This document shows positions 49,960 to 59,574 of a stretch of DNA of 64,000 bases, in pieces (within the stretch, counting starts at the first letter, position 1; each line of letters starts with the position of its first letter). Both the position numbers and the translations under genes were made by a program. This DNA comes from Acidiferrobacterales bacterium (GTDB lineage: Bacteria > Pseudomonadota > Gammaproteobacteria > Acidiferrobacterales > JAJDNE01): contig JAJDNE010000048.1 in NCBI GenBank assembly GCA_022340825.1, positions 20 to 64,019 of the forward strand, in the 5' to 3' direction. The notes under the pieces are model-generated. The model saw only the letters and a program-made list of their open reading frames with translations, ran no database searches and was not told the origin of the DNA.

Positions 49960-51057
49960 ATGGAAAAACAAAGAAAAAAAATTATTGTTCTCGGCGGTTA
50001 TGGCGCCATGGGTAGCCGCATCTGCACTGCCATCGCCCGAATTCCTTATGTCGAATGCGTGATCGCCGGACGAAATCCAAAGCGTGCCCGTCGGCTGGCA
50101 AAATCAGTTACTGCCAGTACGCTAGGTATCGACGCCGAGGATGAAGCCGCAGTCAAACAAGGCTTAGCCGGTGCCTATATGGTGATCGATGCGGCGGGAC
50201 CATTTCAGCAGCGGAGTATCATCGCTGCCCAGCACTGCGCCAGCCATGGCGTTCACTACATTGATGTCGCTGATGATCGTCAGTTCGCCAATGACGTGCT
50301 GCAATTGCACGCAACTGCCAAGCGAAATGAATGTTTGCTGGTGACTGGCGCCGCTTCACTACCGGCATTGGCCGCTGTGCTGGTCGAATCCCTTGCGGAC
50401 TATTATGACAAGACCGATGAAATCCACGCTGCTGCCGTCGCGGGCAACAAGACACCGGTTGGACGAGCTGGCGCCCGATCCCTGTTGCACAAAATCGGCG
50501 TGCCAACGCGAATGAAGATTCGCGGCCGGTGGCAGGAAGTGTCGTGCTGGACCCAGTCAAGAAAGGGACTGTTTCCGGATCCGTTTCTGATCAAGCGAAC
50601 ATATTTATATAGTGTGCCTGCGATTGATCACTTTGCCCGGCAGTACGGTGTGCGAGAGGCCACTTTCCGCTTCGGCCTGCAACTGGGTGGATTCAATCGA
50701 GGGCTGGGGCTGCTGGCCTGGCTGCGCCGGATCGGCTGGTTAAAACAGCCGGATCGCTTTGCCCGCCTGTTGTTGGGTATTACCAGATGGTTTCGGCGAT
50801 TCGGCGATTCGGGATACGCGATTCAGGTCCAGGTGTTGGGAGCGCATGCCGACAAGCCAGTGGAGCACACAGCGACTCTCTATGAGAGTGACAGCGATAA
50901 ACTGGGTCTGCTGACCTGTATCACGGTGACACTGGTCAAGAGCTGGATTGAGCACGGAGTGCCTGACGCCGGGGCCATTACCGCGATTGGTGTCGTCAAT
51001 CTCGAAGCGCTAAAACCCGAGTTGATCGCCCACGACGTGAAGCTGATCCGCGCCTAA
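49960..51057 (+). CDS. saccharopine dehydrogenase-like NAD(P)-binding protein
   Basis: Rossmann motif KIIVLGGYGAMGSRI at the N-terminus of a 365 aa protein. Confidence 0.6.
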   Translation: MEKQRKKIIVLGGYGAMGSRICTAIARIPYVECVIAGRNPKRARRLAKSVTASTLGIDAEDEAAVKQGLAGAYMVIDAAGPFQQRSIIAAQHCASHGVHYIDVADDRQFANDVLQLHATAKRNECLLVTGAASLPALAAVLVESLADYYDKTDEIHAAAVAGNKTPVGRAGARSLLHKIGVPTRMKIRGRWQEVSCWTQSRKGLFPDPFLIKRTYLYSVPAIDHFARQYGVREATFRFGLQLGGFNRGLGLLAWLRRIGWLKQPDRFARLLLGITRWFRRFGDSGYAIQVQVLGAHADKPVEHTATLYESDSDKLGLLTCITVTLVKSWIEHGVPDAGAITAIGVVNLEALKPELIAHDVKLIRA

Positions 51058-51159
51058 GCGCGCCTGTCGTCTGTTTTCCTCCGCAGTTCATGTTTTGGCT
51101 GGAAGCCGGCCATCTTTGCAAGGTAAGCTAGGCGGCCCTGACAAACGGTAATCGTTCCG

Positions 51160-51300
51160 ATGCGTCTGATCCCGGTATTTTTACTGATAACTGTTCTGCT
51201 GGCCGTAGGTTGTGGCTACAAAGGCCCGCTGGAGATGCCACAGGCATCGCCCCAGCCGACGGCGGAACCAGAACAGGATAAAAAGAAGAAAACACAGTAA
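51160..51300 (+). CDS. lptM: small lipoprotein LptM/YifL (LppL-like)
   Basis: Below the track cutoff. Manual translation gives MRLIPVFLLITVLLAVGCGYKGPLEMPQASPQPTAEPEQDKKKKTQ, with lipobox LAVGC. It is directly upstream of lysA-dapF, as in E. coli and Pseudomonas. Confidence 0.75.
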   Translation: MRLIPVFLLITVLLAVGCGYKGPLEMPQASPQPTAEPEQDKKKKTQ

Positions 51301-51338
51301 TCGACGCGCCAAATTACGACTAATCCAGACACTCGACG

Positions 51339-52604
51339 ATGGAACCTTTCTACTACAAGGACGGCATACTTTTCGCGGAAGAAGTATCTTTGACCGACCT
51401 GGCAATGCAGGTAGGCACACCTTGCTATGTCTACTCGCGCGGGGCTATCGAAGAGGCCTGGCGTTCTTATGACGAGGCCTTCGGTGGCCGGGATCACCTC
51501 GTGTGCTTTGCCGTCAAGGCCAATTCCAATGTTGCCGTGCTGAATATCCTGGCCCGAATGGGGTCCGGTTTCGATATCGTATCGATGGGCGAGCTCGAAC
51601 GCGTCCTGCGCGCCGGCGGCAAGGCAGAAAATATCGTGTTCTCGGGCGTTGGCAAGACCGAAGCCGAAATGCGTCGGGCGCTGGAAGTCGGCATTGGTTG
51701 TTTTAATGTTGAATCGGAACAGGAGCTTTACCGGCTGGCTGATGTCGCCGCTGACATGGGAATGGTGGCGCCGGTATCGTTGCGCGTGAATCCGGACGTA
51801 GATCCCAAGACCCATCCTTATATTTCAACCGGTCTCAAGGCCAGCAAGTTCGGAATTCCGATTGATCACGCGGGCGCGATCTACGAGCATGCCCGGTCTC
51901 TGGGAAGCATAGAGCTCAGGGGTATCGCCAGTCATATCGGTTCGCAGCTGACGAGTATCGATCCGTTTATCGATGCGCTGGAGCGGGTACTCGCGCTGGT
52001 CGGTGAGCTTTCCGATGCTGGTATCGAACTAAAGTGGCTGGATCTGGGTGGCGGACTGGGTGTGCGTTATTACGATGAGCAACCGCCGGAACCGTCGAGG
52101 CTGGTGGTCAGCCTGATGGACCGCTTGCAGGAAATGGGTTCACGCTATCAGCGTATGCGGGTGATCATTGAGCCGGGTCGGTCGATAGTCGGTAATGCGG
52201 GTGTGTTGCTGACACGCGCTGAATATATCAAGCCTGGCGAGATCAAGAGCTTTGTCGTAGTAGATGCCGCCATGAATGATCTGATGCGGCCCGCTTTGTA
52301 TGATGCATGGCAGGATATCGTGCCGGTCAACAAGGACCTGGAGCGTGAAACCGGCGTGTACGATGTGGTCGGGCCAGTGTGCGAGAGCGGCGACTTTCTG
52401 GGGCACGATCGCGAGTTATCGGTAGCGAGTGGTGACCTGCTCGCGGTCATGTCAGCCGGCGCCTATGGTGCCGTCATGAGCTCCAACTACAATACTCGCC
52501 CGCGCGCGGCCGAAATCATGGTCGATGGCAATCAATTCCATATTATACGGCGGCGTGAAACCGTGGATGATCTGCTCGCCCCGGAATCTGTATTACCCGC
52601 CTGA
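51339..52604 (+). CDS. lysA: diaminopimelate decarboxylase
   Basis: PLP-Lys context FAVKANSN, and CESGDFLG near the C-terminus. 421 aa. Confidence 0.93.
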   Translation: MEPFYYKDGILFAEEVSLTDLAMQVGTPCYVYSRGAIEEAWRSYDEAFGGRDHLVCFAVKANSNVAVLNILARMGSGFDIVSMGELERVLRAGGKAENIVFSGVGKTEAEMRRALEVGIGCFNVESEQELYRLADVAADMGMVAPVSLRVNPDVDPKTHPYISTGLKASKFGIPIDHAGAIYEHARSLGSIELRGIASHIGSQLTSIDPFIDALERVLALVGELSDAGIELKWLDLGGGLGVRYYDEQPPEPSRLVVSLMDRLQEMGSRYQRMRVIIEPGRSIVGNAGVLLTRAEYIKPGEIKSFVVVDAAMNDLMRPALYDAWQDIVPVNKDLERETGVYDVVGPVCESGDFLGHDRELSVASGDLLAVMSAGAYGAVMSSNYNTRPRAAEIMVDGNQFHIIRRRETVDDLLAPESVLPA

Positions 52605-52623
52605 TTCCCTTCACTCCATTGCC

Positions 52624-53295
52624 ATGGATCGTGTACCCGAACCGGAGTTGATGGAATCAGCGGAACAGGCCCGCGTCTATGCCGAGGCCGATTTTTCCGA
52701 ATCAAACTCGCTTTTTGTTCAGTTGTTCCGCCACCATTTTCCCTTGCTTGCACCGCGCCATGTTCTTGACCTCGGTTGTGGGCCCGCCGATATCTGCATC
52801 CGGTTCGCCGAGAACTATCCCGATGCAGAGGTCACCGGCGTGGACGGTGCTGAGGCAATGTTGGTGTTTGCCCGCGACGCGATCAGTCAAAGTCCTGCGG
52901 GAAAACGCATCCGCCTCCTTCGGAATCATATCCAGCACGTCAATGCGGACAAATACGATGTCATCATCAGCAATAGCCTGTTGCACCATTTGGCTGACCC
53001 GCATGATCTGTGGCGTGCGGTTCGACGGCTCGCAGAGCCGGGGGCGGCAATCGTGATTATGGATTTGATGCGTCCGTCATCAGAAGCAGAGGTCGAGTCG
53101 ATAGTCGCTACCTATGCCAGTGATGAGCCCGAGGCATTACGTCGGGATTTCTATAATTCACTTTGTGCCGCGTTTACGGTGAGTGAAGTCAGTAAACAGC
53201 TAAGCGCAAATGATCTCACCGAGCTGTCGGTTGAGGCCGTGAGTGACCGTCATTTGCTGGTGTACGGGCAGCTGGAGATATCAAGTGAGTTTTAG
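52624..53295 (+). CDS. class I SAM-dependent methyltransferase
   Basis: ORF track 52525..53295, with the likely ATG at 52624 (MDRVPEPELMES). Motif I is VLDLGCGPADI. Confidence 0.7.
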   Translation: MDRVPEPELMESAEQARVYAEADFSESNSLFVQLFRHHFPLLAPRHVLDLGCGPADICIRFAENYPDAEVTGVDGAEAMLVFARDAISQSPAGKRIRLLRNHIQHVNADKYDVIISNSLLHHLADPHDLWRAVRRLAEPGAAIVIMDLMRPSSEAEVESIVATYASDEPEALRRDFYNSLCAAFTVSEVSKQLSANDLTELSVEAVSDRHLLVYGQLEISSEF

Positions 53296-53722
53296 GAATC
53301 CTGATGATGAAACACTCAGGCGATTGTTCCAGACCACTACCACTATTGCTGTCGTTGGCCTGTCCCCCAAACCTAATCGTCCAAGTCATGGTGTCGCCAG
53401 GGCCTTGCAGCGGTTTGGTTACCAGATTATTCCCGTACGACCGGCAATAAAGGAAGTGTTGGGCGAGCCAGCCTTCGCGACGCTTGAAGATGTGCCGGAT
53501 AGTATCGACCTGGTAGATGTATTTCGTGCCCCCGAACATGTCGATGCCATTGTCGACAGCTGCATCGCCCTGGGAATTTCCGCAATCTGGTTACAGGAAG
53601 GTGTGATAAACGAGGCTGCGGCAGCTCGCGCCCTGGCTGCTGGGTTAACCGTGGTCATGGATCGTTGTACCTACAAAGATTATGTTCGACTCTTTGCCGG
53701 CGGTAGCCACAATGCTGACTGA
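53285..53722 (+). CDS. CoA-binding domain protein (YccU/YneT-like)
   Basis: ORF track 53243..53722, with a likely GTG at 53285. It has TIAVVGLSPKPNRPSHGVA and the VDVFR pattern. Confidence 0.7.
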   Translation: MSFRNPDDETLRRLFQTTTTIAVVGLSPKPNRPSHGVARALQRFGYQIIPVRPAIKEVLGEPAFATLEDVPDSIDLVDVFRAPEHVDAIVDSCIALGISAIWLQEGVINEAAAARALAAGLTVVMDRCTYKDYVRLFAGGSHNAD

Positions 53723-53729
53723 CAAAAAT

Positions 53730-54005
53730 CTACTCGGGCGGTGCCATGTCCCGCCTGGCCAGCCGGCGTTGTCGACGCCATGAGACAAATCGCCGACGCA
53801 AGCGCCAGTACGCGGGCGAGCGGGCGAACAACAACACCACGCCGATTGGCAGCATCCACAAACCGAGCACGGGTAAAAACCACAACAAACCGCCAATGAT
53901 AAAAAGAACTGCAACCCCGTAACGCACCAGCATGCTCGGATGATTTTTCATCCGGTGCATCAGCCGGGACAAGGTCTTCTTTAAGGCGCGTCGTTTTTCA
54001 TTCAC
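53730..54005 (-). CDS. small two-TM membrane protein, unknown function
   Basis: 91 aa with basic termini and a central hydrophobic hairpin YGVAVLFIIGGLLWFLPVLGLWMLPIGVVLLF. Confidence 0.45.
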   Translation of the reverse strand: MNEKRRALKKTLSRLMHRMKNHPSMLVRYGVAVLFIIGGLLWFLPVLGLWMLPIGVVLLFARSPAYWRLRRRFVSWRRQRRLARRDMAPPE

Positions 54006-54047
54006 CGTGCGGTTTCCTTGCCATGCTGTTGGCGGTAGTCTTGGTCA

Positions 54048-54887
54048 ATGGTTACCCGATTTACAAAAATGCATGGTCTCGGCAATGACTTTGTCGTTTT
54101 CGATGCCATCCATCAATCTCTGTCACTAACACCGGAGCTGGTCCGGCATATTGCCGAGCGCCGCTTTGGTATTGGCTGCGACCAGGTGCTTCTGGTCGAG
54201 GCCGCCACTCAGCCCGAGGTTGATTTCCGCTACCGTATTTACAACGCAGACGGGGGCGAAGTCGAGCAGTGTGGCAACGGCGCCCGTTGTTTCGCACGAT
54301 TTGTCCGCGACAAGGGCCTGACTGACAAGAATGAAATTGCAGTGGAAACCCGCTCCGGTGTCATTCGTCTCAGCGTCCAGCCGGACAATGAGGTCACCGT
54401 TAATATGGGGGTGCCACAATTTGAACCCAAGGACGTGCCGTTTGACGCCCCGGCCCGCGAGACCAACTATTTGCTGGACCTCGATGGCGAAAAAGTAAAA
54501 ATCGGGGTTGTGTCGATGGGGAATCCGCATGCCGTACAGGTGGTGTCGGATGTGGATACGGCCAGGGTTGCCGAGCAAGGGCCAAGATTTCAACGGCATG
54601 CGCGCTTTCCCAAGCGGGTAAATGCTGGCTTCATGCAGGTTCTGGATCGGGACCATATTCGATTGCGTGTCTATGAACGCGGCGTCGGTGAAACGCTCGC
54701 CTGTGGTACCGGCGCCTGCGCCGCGATGGCGGTGGGTCGCCAAATGGGGTTACTTGATGATAGGGTATCAGTAGAACTTCCGGGCGGCAGGTTAAATATT
54801 GCCTGGGAGGGAGAAGGCCAACCCGTGTATATGACCGGTCCGGCCGTCAGCGTCTTCGAAGGCGAAATTGATTTGGACGGCGTGTAG
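54048..54887 (+). CDS. dapF: diaminopimelate epimerase
   Basis: [15 protein letters not shown], catalytic Cys contexts EQCGNGARC and ACGTGACA, and SMGNPH. Confidence 0.95.
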   Translation: MVTRFTKMHGLGNDFVVFDAIHQSLSLTPELVRHIAERRFGIGCDQVLLVEAATQPEVDFRYRIYNADGGEVEQCGNGARCFARFVRDKGLTDKNEIAVETRSGVIRLSVQPDNEVTVNMGVPQFEPKDVPFDAPARETNYLLDLDGEKVKIGVVSMGNPHAVQVVSDVDTARVAEQGPRFQRHARFPKRVNAGFMQVLDRDHIRLRVYERGVGETLACGTGACAAMAVGRQMGLLDDRVSVELPGGRLNIAWEGEGQPVYMTGPAVSVFEGEIDLDGV

Positions 54888-54892
54888 CCAAA

Positions 54893-55585
54893 ATGCCAAA
54901 AAAAGAAAAACAGGCAGAAATCTCCTGGGAAGAAGCGGTATCACGCTTTCTTTCTGACAATCCCGAATTCTTCACCACGCATCCCGAAATACTGGTCGAT
55001 ATCACTGTGCCTCATCCACAAAGCGGTGAGGCGGTGTCTCTGATCGAGCGACAGGTCGGCGTGTTGCGAGATCACAATAAGCAACTCGAGCGGCAACTGC
55101 GCGAGCTGATTTCCAATGCCAAGGAAAACGAGGTGATTACCCGTCGCCTGCATGAATTTGCCAGGCACCTGCTGGAGGCCAGTGATATCGATGCGCTGCT
55201 GAAAGTGGCAACCACGCAGGTAAAAGAGGCCTTTTACCTTGACGCCACCAGTATCCGAATTGGAGCGCACGAACCGGCCGAAGGCAGAGCACCGGTTTGG
55301 GTAGAAGCTGACAACGAGCAGCTAACACAGTTGGCCCTGCTGGTCGCCGGTGGCGAACCGGTCTGCGGGTCGTTCCTCGATGAATCGCAATTGCATTTTC
55401 TGTTTGGCGATGCACGCGACAACATCAGATCCTGCGCCCTGGTGCCGCTGAAGTTTGACGGTATCGGTGGGGTCTATTGTCTTGGCAGCCAGGATCCGCA
55501 CCGCTTCGATCAAGAGATGGCGACAGATTACCTTGGCCGCCTCGGTGAGCTGATCGCGAGCGCGCTGGCCCGGCACCTGGCCTGA
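54893..55585 (+). CDS. DUF484 family protein (YigA-like)
   Basis: Conserved position between dapF and xerC, with a GAF-like C-terminal half. 230 aa. Confidence 0.75.
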   Translation: MPKKEKQAEISWEEAVSRFLSDNPEFFTTHPEILVDITVPHPQSGEAVSLIERQVGVLRDHNKQLERQLRELISNAKENEVITRRLHEFARHLLEASDIDALLKVATTQVKEAFYLDATSIRIGAHEPAEGRAPVWVEADNEQLTQLALLVAGGEPVCGSFLDESQLHFLFGDARDNIRSCALVPLKFDGIGGVYCLGSQDPHRFDQEMATDYLGRLGELIASALARHLA

Positions 55586-55588
55586 ATA

Positions 55589-56524
55589 ATGCGAGACACA
55601 TCCCGGTCACTGATTGCCCACTTTCTTGACCACTTGCGAAACGGCCGCCGCCTGTCGCACCACACTATTGAAAATTATCAGCGCGATCTTTCGCGACTCC
55701 TTGGTTTTTGTGAGCGCGAGCAAATCAGTGATTGGCCGGAACTAACAGTTTCGATGGCGCGGCGTTATGTTGCCGAGATACACCGCACGGGTGCCTCCGG
55801 CGTCAGCATTCGCCGTTATCTATCTTCCGGGCGGTCCTTTTATCGCTACCTGTTGAGCCAGGGAGAGGTCGACGCCAATCCGTTCGTGGGTGTCCCGGCC
55901 CCGAAGGCCACCCGGCGGCTACCCAATGCGCTGTCGGCGGAGCAGGCCGAGGCCGTGGTTTCGCTGGAGCCTGGGAGCAACGAGATTGCTATCCGGGACC
56001 GGGCGATATTCGAGTTGATGTACTCCTCGGGCCTGCGCCTGCAGGAACTGATTTCGCTTGATGTCACCGATATTGATCGGGTCGATGGTCTGGTACGGGT
56101 TACCGGCAAAGGGGCCAAGACCCGGGTAGTACCGGTGGGCAGCAAGGCGCTGGAAGCATTGACGGCGTGGCTGCCGGTACGCAACGAGTGGCTACGGCCG
56201 GGCGAAACGGCGCTTTTTGTCAGTCGGCGCGGTGCCCGGCTGGGTCCACGGTCAGTTCAGCAGCGACTTTCCTACTGGGCGGCACGCCAGCTGCCGGGCA
56301 CCCCGGTGCATCCACATATGTTACGCCACTCCTTTGCCAGCCATATGCTGGAATCCAGCGCTGATCTGAGGGCGGTGCAGGAATTACTGGGCCACAGCGA
56401 CATTTCGACTACCCAGATTTACACCCATGTCGATTTTCAGCATCTTGCTAAAGTCTATGATTCGGCCCATCCGCGCGCCAGGCGGCGGCCGGAGCGTAAA
56501 ACCAAGACCGGAAAAAGTGGTTAG
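55589..56524 (+). CDS. xerC: tyrosine recombinase XerC
   Basis: Catalytic residues lie in ARxxELxxL-like GLRLQELISL, HMLRHSFASHML and LGHSDISTTQIYTHV. It sits in dapF-yigA-xerC synteny. Confidence 0.92.
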   Translation: MRDTSRSLIAHFLDHLRNGRRLSHHTIENYQRDLSRLLGFCEREQISDWPELTVSMARRYVAEIHRTGASGVSIRRYLSSGRSFYRYLLSQGEVDANPFVGVPAPKATRRLPNALSAEQAEAVVSLEPGSNEIAIRDRAIFELMYSSGLRLQELISLDVTDIDRVDGLVRVTGKGAKTRVVPVGSKALEALTAWLPVRNEWLRPGETALFVSRRGARLGPRSVQQRLSYWAARQLPGTPVHPHMLRHSFASHMLESSADLRAVQELLGHSDISTTQIYTHVDFQHLAKVYDSAHPRARRRPERKTKTGKSG

Positions 56525-56751
56525 GCGGGTAGTGACCGACAGGTGGCACAGGGCAGCACACCGGAGGTGAATAATTCACTGGCGGGTCATTTTTGGTGTG
56601 CTATATAAATCCCCGTAGCTAAAAGAAAAATGGTTCCCGTCGGGGTGGAATTTACTGTAGAATCCGCCGCGTTACGGGGTAAGGATTTACCGATGGTGAC
56701 GCAGTGTGGGGCGGCGTCAACCAGCAACAAGAACAACTGTACCAGGCATTA

Positions 56752-57678
56752 ATGGAACCAAAAAGTAATTACAAGCAACGCACTCTCAAGAACCTGATTT
56801 CTGCCACTGGCGTCGGACTTCATACCGGAGAAAAAGTCTACCTGACCCTGCGTCCGGCTGCGCCCAATACCGGCATCGTATTCCGTCGCATTGACCTTGA
56901 GCCTACCGTTGAGATCCGGGCCTGCCCCAGCTGCGTTGGCGATACCAGCCTTTCTACCACGCTGACCAAGGGCGACGTTCGCATATCCACTGTTGAACAT
57001 CTGCTGTCTGCCTTTGCCGGTCTCGGCATTGATAACGCCTATGTCGATGTGTCGGCACCGGAAGTGCCGATCATGGACGGCAGCGCCTCACCCTTCGTGT
57101 TTCTGATTTTGTCAGCCGGTATCTCCGAGCAGAACGCGGCCAAAAAATTTATTCGCATCAAAAAGTCGATTCAGGTTGAAGACGGAGATCGTTGGGTACG
57201 GTTCGAGCCCTATGAAGGCTTCAAGGTTTCATTCACTATCGATTTTAATCATCCGGCATTCCGCGACAGCGGCCAAACGTCGGTGCTCGACTTCTCTTCC
57301 ACCTCGTTTGTGAAAGAAGTCAGTCGCGCGCGCACCTTTGGATTTATGCGCGATATCGAAACGCTGCGCTCGCGGAACCTGGCACTTGGAGGCAGCATTG
57401 ATAATGCCATCGTCGTCGATGACTATCGTATTATTAATGTCGACGGCCTTCGCTACGATGATGAGTTCGTCAAACACAAAATGCTGGATGCAATTGGCGA
57501 CCTGTACCTGCTGGGTCATAGCCTGATCGGTGCATTCGAAGGCCACAAATCCGGTCACGATCTGAATAATCGCCTGTTACGGGCCCTGCTCGAAGATGCC
57601 GAGGCGTGGGAAGAGGTAACCTTTACCGATTCCAATCCAGCTCCGATCCCCTACGTTCAGCCGGCGTTTCTCAGTTAA
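56752..57678 (+). CDS. lpxC: UDP-3-O-acyl-N-acetylglucosamine deacetylase
   Basis: ORF track 56704..57678, with the likely ATG at 56752. Motifs are [24 protein letters not shown] and HKSGHDLNN. Confidence 0.93.
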   Translation: MEPKSNYKQRTLKNLISATGVGLHTGEKVYLTLRPAAPNTGIVFRRIDLEPTVEIRACPSCVGDTSLSTTLTKGDVRISTVEHLLSAFAGLGIDNAYVDVSAPEVPIMDGSASPFVFLILSAGISEQNAAKKFIRIKKSIQVEDGDRWVRFEPYEGFKVSFTIDFNHPAFRDSGQTSVLDFSSTSFVKEVSRARTFGFMRDIETLRSRNLALGGSIDNAIVVDDYRIINVDGLRYDDEFVKHKMLDAIGDLYLLGHSLIGAFEGHKSGHDLNNRLLRALLEDAEAWEEVTFTDSNPAPIPYVQPAFLS

Positions 57679-57775
57679 GCCGAGCTTTGTCCGTATGATC
57701 CCTGTATCCGGCCGTTGTCAGCGCCGGTACATTGGCCCACACTTTAGGTAGTCCTGTCGCAACAAAGCGGATCGC

Positions 57776-58642
57776 ATGTCGAACGCCAAGTATTACAGCC
57801 TGCGAAGCCATTCCCCTTATCAGGGCACGATCCAGGTAGTCGAGCTCGATGGCTTTCGTGCATTGAGCCAGGATGGATTGACCTGGCGCATCCGTTTACG
57901 CGCAGCCGAGGGCCAGCGCGCTGCGCATACCACCTGGCGAGATGGCGACATCGTCGATGTACCGTTATCCAGCGCGCAACCTGGATTCGCTGCCCTGTAC
58001 GATCATCCGCCCACACCATTTCCCCTGATCGACACGCTGGAGCTTTGGTTGCTCGACGCCGAGCAGAATCTGCCGCTGGCACTATTACGTTCATTATCCC
58101 CCGAGCGCGAGCCACCAGCCGTCAACGATGCCGAATGGATCGCCGGCTTTCGCGACGAAGAGAGCTTTTACGCACCAAGTCTGGCAATGGCTGGAACCAA
58201 TCAGCTCGAGAACAAGAGTTACATCGCACACACAGAAGTGTTGACCCGCTGCGTCCGTACGGCTGCCGGCACGCGTCCGGCGACACAGTGGTTCTGGCGG
58301 CAGCTGGACGGTAGTGGCGTTGGCGGCAGCGGCCACAATCTGGACAAGGGCCTGGAAGGCCGGGTGCTGCCGCCGGAAATCTTTCCGCTGTTTTTATTAC
58401 GCGAGGAGTGGCCGAACGAAATGCAAACCGATCTGGTCAGGGATTTTCATTTCTGGCAGGCACCGTATCTGCTAACCCACACTAACCTTTCACGCGATAC
58501 CCGCAGTCGGATGGAGCACGCAGCGTGTCAACAGGCGGAACGGCTTTACTCGGTGCGCAACCTGTTGCCGGAAATCATCAACAAGGAGTTGGTTGATATC
58601 GCCCTCGTTGAAGCCGTTATTCGGCGAACTGCGGTAGCCTGA
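57776..58642 (+). CDS. hypothetical protein (288 aa)
   Basis: A long open frame with normal GC and codon usage. I recognise no motif. Confidence 0.5.
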   Translation: MSNAKYYSLRSHSPYQGTIQVVELDGFRALSQDGLTWRIRLRAAEGQRAAHTTWRDGDIVDVPLSSAQPGFAALYDHPPTPFPLIDTLELWLLDAEQNLPLALLRSLSPEREPPAVNDAEWIAGFRDEESFYAPSLAMAGTNQLENKSYIAHTEVLTRCVRTAAGTRPATQWFWRQLDGSGVGGSGHNLDKGLEGRVLPPEIFPLFLLREEWPNEMQTDLVRDFHFWQAPYLLTHTNLSRDTRSRMEHAACQQAERLYSVRNLLPEIINKELVDIALVEAVIRRTAVA

Positions 58643-58644
58643 GT

Positions 58645-59088
58645 CTACTGGCGCCAGCGCGACTGGTGCAGGTCCCAGAATTTTTGCATGGCCAGGAAGG
58701 TAAACGACGCTGACCAGGTAATCATCATCAGGCCGACCAGTGCCTCGGAGCCGGAAAGAATTCGCAGGTAACCCAGTGGGTAATGGTCACCAATTCCCAG
58801 GGTGGTGTAGGTCACCAGTGAATAATATAAATAGTCATAGAACGGACCGATGGGATGCCCGCCAATGGTGCCCAGCTTCCAGTGTTCCATCATATATAGA
58901 TAGGCGACCGCATAGAGCAGGATTTCCATTATGTGTGCCAGCATCGCCATACCGATAACGACAAGGATGCGTGTGCGCGGCGGAATGGTGAGCAACGGCA
59001 GCAGATTCGATGCCAGATGCAATATCTCGTAGTGGATCAACACCGCCGTCATTGCCAGAATTACGACTGCCAGAAACTCGACTAACAT
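58645..59088 (-). CDS. small ion channel family protein (K+ channel-like pore)
   Basis: 147 aa with TM helices flanking the pore signature YYSLVTYTTLGIGDHYP. The canonical K+ filter is T-V-G-Y-G-D. Confidence 0.7.
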   Translation of the reverse strand: MLVEFLAVVILAMTAVLIHYEILHLASNLLPLLTIPPRTRILVVIGMAMLAHIMEILLYAVAYLYMMEHWKLGTIGGHPIGPFYDYLYYSLVTYTTLGIGDHYPLGYLRILSGSEALVGLMMITWSASFTFLAMQKFWDLHQSRWRQ

Positions 59089-59225
59089 AGAAAAACCTGC
59101 GTTATGAATTCGGAATTACCAGGGCAAAACCCCGCATCTGGTGCCACAATTCGTTGTCAGCATGACACCCCGGGCAATTTCTCTTATCATCGGCGCCCTG
59201 TCCAGTACTCAGTGGTTGAATCTTG

Positions 59226-59543
59226 ATGGATACAGGTGGTTGTTCTGCAGCAGAACCGTACGCGTTGCGCGTAATCGGTGACAGTATGGAGCCGGAGTTT
59301 CTCGACGGTCATATCATCATCGTCGATCCCGGTATGCCGCTCAGCGATGGCGCATTCGTCGTCATCGATTATGATGGCGACACCAGTCTGCGCCAGTGGT
59401 CTGTTGATGGTGACAGGAAGCGCCTGAAGCCGTTGAACGATGAGTATCCCGTTGTTGAACTCACCGGCCCGTTTCATGTGCACGGTGTCGTCGTGCAGCG
59501 GGCCACACCCGGTCGTCGCCGCGATCGCAAGCACTATTACTGA
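59226..59543 (+). CDS. minimal S24 (LexA/UmuD-like) peptidase domain protein
   Basis: ORF track 59223 is a TTG, with an ATG at 59226. It has LRVIGDSMEPEFLDGHIIIVDP. There is no N-terminal DNA-binding domain and no adjacent umuC. Confidence 0.7.
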   Translation: MDTGGCSAAEPYALRVIGDSMEPEFLDGHIIIVDPGMPLSDGAFVVIDYDGDTSLRQWSVDGDRKRLKPLNDEYPVVELTGPFHVHGVVVQRATPGRRRDRKHYY

Positions 59544-59574
59544 GCTCCCGCTCGCACAGGGTGCCCGGGTTCAA

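Noticed and set aside
55589-56524. A tyrosine recombinase, considered as a possible marker of a mobile element or integrated island.
   Set aside because: The dapF-DUF484-xerC synteny and the motif pattern identify it as the chromosome dimer resolvase XerC. There are no att-like repeats, tRNA or phage genes nearby.
59198-59212. A CTG-N9-CAG element upstream of the S24 peptidase gene, considered as a possible SOS (LexA) box.
   Set aside because: The gammaproteobacterial LexA box is CTG-N10-CAG with an AT-rich core. The spacing here is one base short and the core is not TA-rich.
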